Shown: positions 57,927-64,000 of the stretch, one piece after another
Numbering within the stretch: position 1 is the first letter of the stretch
Layout: every line of letters begins with the position of its first letter
NCBI RefSeq assembly: GCF_009914755.1
Contig: NC_060931.1
Reading direction: 5' to 3' (one strand)
Origin: the human T2T-CHM13v2.0 reference genome, Homo sapiens
DNA length: 64,000 nt
Notes under the pieces: model-generated
Told to the model about the DNA's origin: nothing
Databases searched by the model: none
The model's input: the letters and a program-made list of their open reading frames with translations, nothing else
Position numbers and translations under genes: made by a program

Positions 57927-59845
57927 TAAGGGATCAATTCATCAAGAGGACATGGCTATTGTAAATATATATGCACCCCACACCAGAGCACCTAAATACA
58001 TAAAGCAAATAATGGACACGGGGAAATAGATAGCAATACAATGATCATAGGGGACTTCAATACCCCACTTTCAACAATAGATAGATGAAGCAAAAAAAAA
58101 AAATAATAAGGAAATACTGGACTTGAATAGCACTTTTGACCAAATGGGCCTAGGAGACATAGACAAAAATTTCTGTCCAACAGCAGTATAATACATGCAC
58201 ATTTTTCTTCAACACACATAGAACATTCTCCAGGATAGACCATATGTTAGGCCACGAAACAATCTTAACAAATTTAAGAATACTGTACTCATATACAGTA
58301 TTGTTTCAGGCCACAGTGGTATGAAACTAGAAATCAGTAACAGGAAGAATCTTGGAAAATTCACTAATATGTGGAAATTAAATAACATGCTCCTAAACAA
58401 CCAATGGGTCAAAGAAGAAAGCAAAAGGAAAACTTAAAAATAACTTAGGACAAATGACAATGCAAACACAGCATAGTAATTTTTGTCAAGGGCACCAAGG
58501 GAAAACAATGGAGAAAGGTGAGTCTTCAACAAATGGTGCAGGGAAAACTGGATTTCCACATGTAAAAGAATGAAATCAGACCTTTATCTTACACCACACA
58601 CAAAAATCAACTCTAAATAAAAGACCTAAACATAAGACCAGAAACTATAAAACTTCTAGAAGAGAAGGAGCAACAGCTCATGGACATTGGCCTTGATGAC
58701 TTTTTGGATATCACATGAAAAGGTCAGGCCACAAAAACAAAAATAAATGAGACTACATCAAACTAAAAAGCTTCTGTACAGCAAAGAAAACAATCAACAA
58801 AATGAAATGACAGCCTATAGATTGGGAAAAAAAATACTGCAAACTATATATCTGATAAGGAGTTAATATCTAAAATGTATAAAGAATTCATATATTAATA
58901 GTAGAAAACAAATAACTCAATTTTAAAAAGACCTCAATAGACATTCTCCAAAGAAGACATAAAAATGGCCAATAGATAGATGAAAAGATACTCAATACCA
59001 TTAGTCATAAGAGAAATGAAAATCAAAACCACCATGATATACCACTTCACACCCATTAGAATGGTTATTATCAAAAAGTCAGAAGACAACCAATGTGGGC
59101 AAAGGTATGGAAAAAGGGAACTCATACACTATTGATGGGAATGCAGACTGGTATAGCCATTATGGAAAAGAATATGGAGGTTTCTAAAGAAATCAAAAAT
59201 AGAGCTACCATATGACCTAACAATCCCTCTTCTGGGCATATACCCAAGGGAAATAAAATCACCACTTTGTAAAGACATCTGCACTCCCATGTTCATTGCA
59301 GCATTATTCCCAACAGCCAAGACAGGGAAACAACCTAAGTGTCAGCTAATGGACAGATGGCTTAAGAAACCGTGGTACAAATATACAATGGAATATTGTT
59401 CAGTCTTAAAAAGAACAAGATTCTACTTGCCACGACATGGATGGGACTAGAGGGCTAAGTGAAATAAGGCAGACACGGGGGAAAAAAATCACATGACCTC
59501 ACATGTGGAATCTAAAAAATCAGAGATAGAGAACAAAACAGTGGTTATGGGGTCAGGGTGGGGGAGTGAAGAAATGTATGTCAGAGGATACAAAATAGCA
59601 GGTATGTAGAATGAAGAAGTCTAGAGATCTAATGTACAACATGAAGGTCATAGGTAATAAAATTGTACTCTATATGAGATTCATGCTAAATGAGTGCTCT
59701 CACCACAAAAACAAAGGGTAACTATGTGAGATAATGGATACATTAATTTGCTTCACTATAGTAACCTTTTTACTATCCACATGTATCCCTTAACATGTTT
59801 TATACCTTGAATATATACAATACAATTTATTTTATAAATAAATAA
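57927..59845 (+). mobile_element. L1MA9/10-like element: endonuclease-region remnant joined to ORF2 3' end and 3' UTR
   Basis: GGGGACTTCAATACCCCACTTTCAACAAT and GAACATTCTCCAGGATAGACCATATGTTAGG (endonuclease region); jump near 58477; 3' UTR TCTAGAGATCTAATGTACAACATG...GGTAACTATGTGAGATAATGGATA. Confidence 0.85.
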
Positions 59846-60204
59846 AATTCTATTTCCCTTGCCTCAATGAAACAGGAAAGAAGACAGGCATAGAATGGAG
59901 GGCTCATATGAAAGAAAAATTCTGCCTCCTGGAAAACAATTGCTAATGAATTGGTATTTGACAGCAGAGGCATTGCAATGGCAGGGACTTCAAAAGGAGG
60001 CTGGTCACTGAAACCAGTGGCTGTTCTCAAGACAGTGGAACAGGAGCACATGGACATGCAGGAGGGCTCTGTAGAAGCCAGGAGCCACCAGAACCTGACC
60101 AGAAAAGAAGACAAAGGCATCAGGCTGTCCAAAGTCTTAATGGGGAAAAACTGGAAATTTAAATCAAAGCCCTACTGGCTCTCTTTTGCACTCAGTGTTG
60201 GTGG

Positions 60205-60420
60205 TGCCCAGTGCTACACTAAGCACTCTACCTACCTCATTGACAACGACTATAATAGACCATAAGTGTTATTATTCCCATTTTGCAGACGGGACAACTG
60301 AAAAAAACAGAAAGACTGTAAAAGTCACATCCCAAACACACCACTTAAAGTGATGGCATGGGATTCAAAATGAATCCCACTCCCAGTTCTGTCCTCAACC
60401 TCTATGCTCTACTGCCTCCT
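60205..60420 (-). mobile_element. MIR
   Basis: ATTATTCCCATTTTGCAGACGGGACAACTGA...GGGATTCAAA. Confidence 0.6.
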
Positions 60421-61824
60421 TCTGTTCAAGGAGAGTAGAGTCTGTATGGGTCTTATTACACAGTGTGGGCCCACCATTCTCAGCTGACCCTTGGGTTGGC
60501 TTCATAAAGCCCAGAATTAGAGAAACCCTCCAGATGTTAGTACACACCTGTATCTGAAGTAGGTAAGCCCTGCCTCAAAAACAAGATTGCTATCATGGTG
60601 AGTCTATGAAATGCTGTCTTAAGAAGGTTGTTGTTTTTTTGTTTTTTGCAGTTTGTACCCATCAGGTTTTAGCAGAACAACAGGTTTTAGCTATACACAT
60701 TGGGTTTTAGCAGAAATGAAGCACTTTCCTTCCTTGGGGAACAACATATGCTGGCATCGCTAAGTGTGTGGCTGCCTGGCTCCTTGGTACACAAGGACTC
60801 TGTAGGAGGTCAGGCCTCCTTAGGACAGCACTGGAGACTCTATACTCCAAAAGTCTCTCCACCTGGCCTAGAGGGTATGTTTTTAGTCCTCACAGGTTAT
60901 GCTATTCCAGATCCTTCTCCAGCCTTGACCTCCATAGAGAAAATCACATGACACACTTCAATAAACTCAACCACCTAAGGGTTCTTGTGGTTCTTGACCA
61001 TACAGACCAACCACCTCCAGCAAATCTCCCACTAGCAAAAAGCAACTTATCTCTTCCATGGATCTTCCTCGGATTTCTACCATTTCTTATCTAAGGACCT
61101 CTTATTTCTTCCAAAGATCTGTTTGTGTCATAAAAGAAAAAACACCCCAAAACCCAATTATGGATGGTTGTGAAAAGCCATGTCAAATTAAGGGGATCAT
61201 CAACAACGTTTTCTACAGTTCACATAGGAGGCGATCGGGATGCTGTTCAGTCACGCTGCAACATCTGCCTTTCATTATCATTATCGTCCTCACAGAGTTC
61301 TTGAGCCCCTGAGTTTACGGCTTTCTACTGGGATTTTAAGAAATACACAGAGATGTATCAAAAGTTGAACCTGTGTATTTACAGAGAATCTCAGAGAAAA
61401 ATCTCTTCCGTATGATAAAAGGCCTAGGGACTTGTACTTTACAGAATACAAATCTAAAGAAGAGATATTATGTGCCTTGAGAGCTTGTTAGAAAGCTAGA
61501 TGTTACACTTTTCTTCTCTTGGAACTACTGAATGTAGATTATAGTCTATATTCTGAGGTTTTGTAGGTTTCTCTTTTGCATTCCAAAGCCTTTAATTCTG
61601 TAGATTAAAAAAAGAAGTTAATATTAGATGTTCCTAGTCCCCTTTAAAAGTTACTTACGATTTCTCACTTGCCAATTGTTGAATTTTCATGTTTATTTTT
61701 AGTGTTGAAAATAGGGAAACTGCTATCTGTCCTTCACTTCCTGCCACCTTAGGGAAAAGTGAACAAAGAGTAGAGAAACTACAGAAACAGGGAAGACAGC
61801 AAGACAGACAGAGTGGGAAGGGGC

Positions 61825-62005
61825 CAGAGCATATGTTTTAAGTCATTCAGGCCTAGTTCCCATGTGAGTTTTATCACTTAGTGAGTAAACTTGAGCAAGT
61901 TCATTAACCTCTTTGAAACTCATTTTCCTCATTTCAATCACCTTGCAGGAGCTGGTCTAAGGGTATATAGCAATGCAGGTAAAGCACTTGGCACAATACA
62001 GAAAT
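61825..62005 (+). mobile_element. MIR
   Basis: CTTGAGCAAGTTCATTAACCTCTTTGAAACTCATTTTCCTCATT...TAAAGCACTTGGCACA. Confidence 0.65.
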
Positions 62006-64000
62006 CCAAACTATGACATACAGGATGATGGTGGTGGTGGTTAACAGGCAAAAGTGGCAAGACAGGGCAGAGAAGGTGAAGGTAGCAAAGTTAGAAAGAA
62101 ATACTAGATATGGTTTTCCCTAAAATCCAAATATAAGCATGATTGAGAGTATCTATGGCAAAGGAAATATTCTACCAACCTGATTAACAACTTCATTCTG
62201 CTTTGAAAGACACTCAACCTGGATTGCAAATTCCATGAGAATCAGCAGACTAGCTAATCTCATTTCAGTTTATCTCCACAGTAATCAATAATTGATCCCA
62301 GGGGAAGGTCAGCCTAGTGTCCTTAGGTGACTCTTCCTTTGCCAATTTGTTTTGAGCTCTCTTTATACAAGAGTGTAGGTATTATGATACAGAGATTATT
62401 TCTTTAAATTGGAGATGCATCTGATGACACTTGGAGAAAACCATCTAAAGATCACTAAAGGAATTTACCAAAAGGTAAAACCATGAATAAAAATAATTTT
62501 CAGACATGTTTCATAGGACTACAGTTCAACTGTTATATATTACTTATGTTCTTAATAGTTTGGAACCACTTGTCAGTCAAAATTAAATCATAGGCATTCC
62601 ATTTGTAGAACAAATTAGTCAATCTTATTTGCATGAATCACAAAATTCTTACAGCTCTTCATTTTCTTAAAGTATTTAACACCCTCCCCATTTTCTCAAC
62701 GTGAATATCAGGGTACATTAGTCACAAGACCATAACCCAATTACTTAAAGGGCATATTACATAAATGATTACACAACCTGCTGTGAAATACTGTATCTTT
62801 AGCATTTGGACCACTTGGGACATTGAGAGGAAGGATTCATTAATGAAGTGTGAAGCTCATTTTTATTTATAGTCCACAGGAAAGGCATATTTCACAGCCA
62901 TCAGAAGCACTTCTGCAGGCAAGAAGTTACAGCTAATCCAAGTGCTATACCAAGCTAGTACAAGTCCAATCCTGGTGTCCCTGGCAGTCAGAAATGTTGT
63001 AAAGGGGAAAGGAATTTTATAAAAAAATTGATAGCACAAGGAGTATGAGAATGTAGAAGATCAAATCCAGACCACAGCCGAAACCTTGATAGGAGGGACA
63101 CATGATGAATTAGCCTATAGGCTGAAAGGTCTGGAGGAAGTTGTGATGGTATGGGTCAGATATCTTCCACTTCCTCTGTGAAGTAGTAGAAAGTCATTTT
63201 TTGAGAAAGCGGAAGTGGGGAGAGTGGTGACTTGAAAGAGTCACTTTGGGATATGGTAGAGCAAGTTAATTGGGAAATAGCGGATAATTAGGCAATTTGA
63301 AGTTGGTGACTATGAACTTTGAGAAGCATCAAATCTCTCAATCCATTTCTGTCAATTTACCCTACTACTGAATGATTTAATTCATTTTGTGTCACCAGCA
63401 CCTAGCACAGCTCCTGGCACAAGGTAGATGCTCATATTTGACTCAATTAGAAATGGCAAATATCTGAATTGTCTGAACACAAACAGTAAATGGTAAATAA
63501 ATACTGGCCTTCTTTTAGGTTTGCAAAACACAATTGATTTGATAGTGAAGGCCAACATATACATAAAGAAAAACCAGAGGCCTCGATTTTACATTCAAGG
63601 TAGGTCACTGGTACACAGGAAGCCAGCTGAGGAGAGGTACAAGTGAGGGGACGTGAGGAGCACGGGTGGTGAGTATGAGATGGCTGCCCAGTCACCTCTG
63701 CTGAAAACCACCTTTGAGAGTAGCAGGATTCTAGAAACAGGATCAAAAGAATCAGTGTAGCACCATATATCACTGCCTCTGTAAGAAAACTGTGCTTGTC
63801 AACCTGGAGTTTGGGGAAAAGCTTTAAAGGAAACCTGTCATTCTGTACTCCAGCTTCCAACTTTGCAAAAGGCACTTTTCCTTGGAACTCAGGCAGAAAA
63901 ATAATAAATCACGCCTAGCTCTCTTGCTCAGGATCCAGTCCCGGTTCCCCACCTGTAGTTCCCTCCAGCTGCTTCCTGCTACTTCCATTCCTGCACCTTA

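Noticed and set aside
57992-59320. Minus-strand ORFs over the L1
   Set aside because: Antisense L1 translations; sense ORF2 is broken by stops, frameshifts and a large deletion.

Overview
Primate (very probably human) genomic DNA from inside the long introns of GRM8 (metabotropic glutamate receptor 8), which is transcribed on the minus strand. The only supportable coding sequence is one 217-nt internal exon (16261-16477) encoding part of the Venus-flytrap ligand-binding domain. The rest is intronic: Alu/FAM, MIR, L2 and L1 fragments, many MaLR/ERV LTRs (MLT1, THE1, MST, LTR33-like, MER67-like), hAT DNA-transposon fossils and microsatellites. All other ORFs in the track look spurious. I found no convincing undescribed gene system. 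The most notable non-coding observations are: (1) a consensus REST/NRSF RE1 silencer 1.2 kb from the exon; (2) a ~37-copy C-rich minisatellite grown inside an LTR, G-rich on the pre-mRNA strand and with a CpG-gaining core; (3) a YCAY cluster and hairpin over the exon's branch-point region; (4) inverted Alus bracketing the exon; (5) several nested-insertion junctions. Repeat subfamily names are from recall of consensus sequences, and boundaries of old repeats are approximate.
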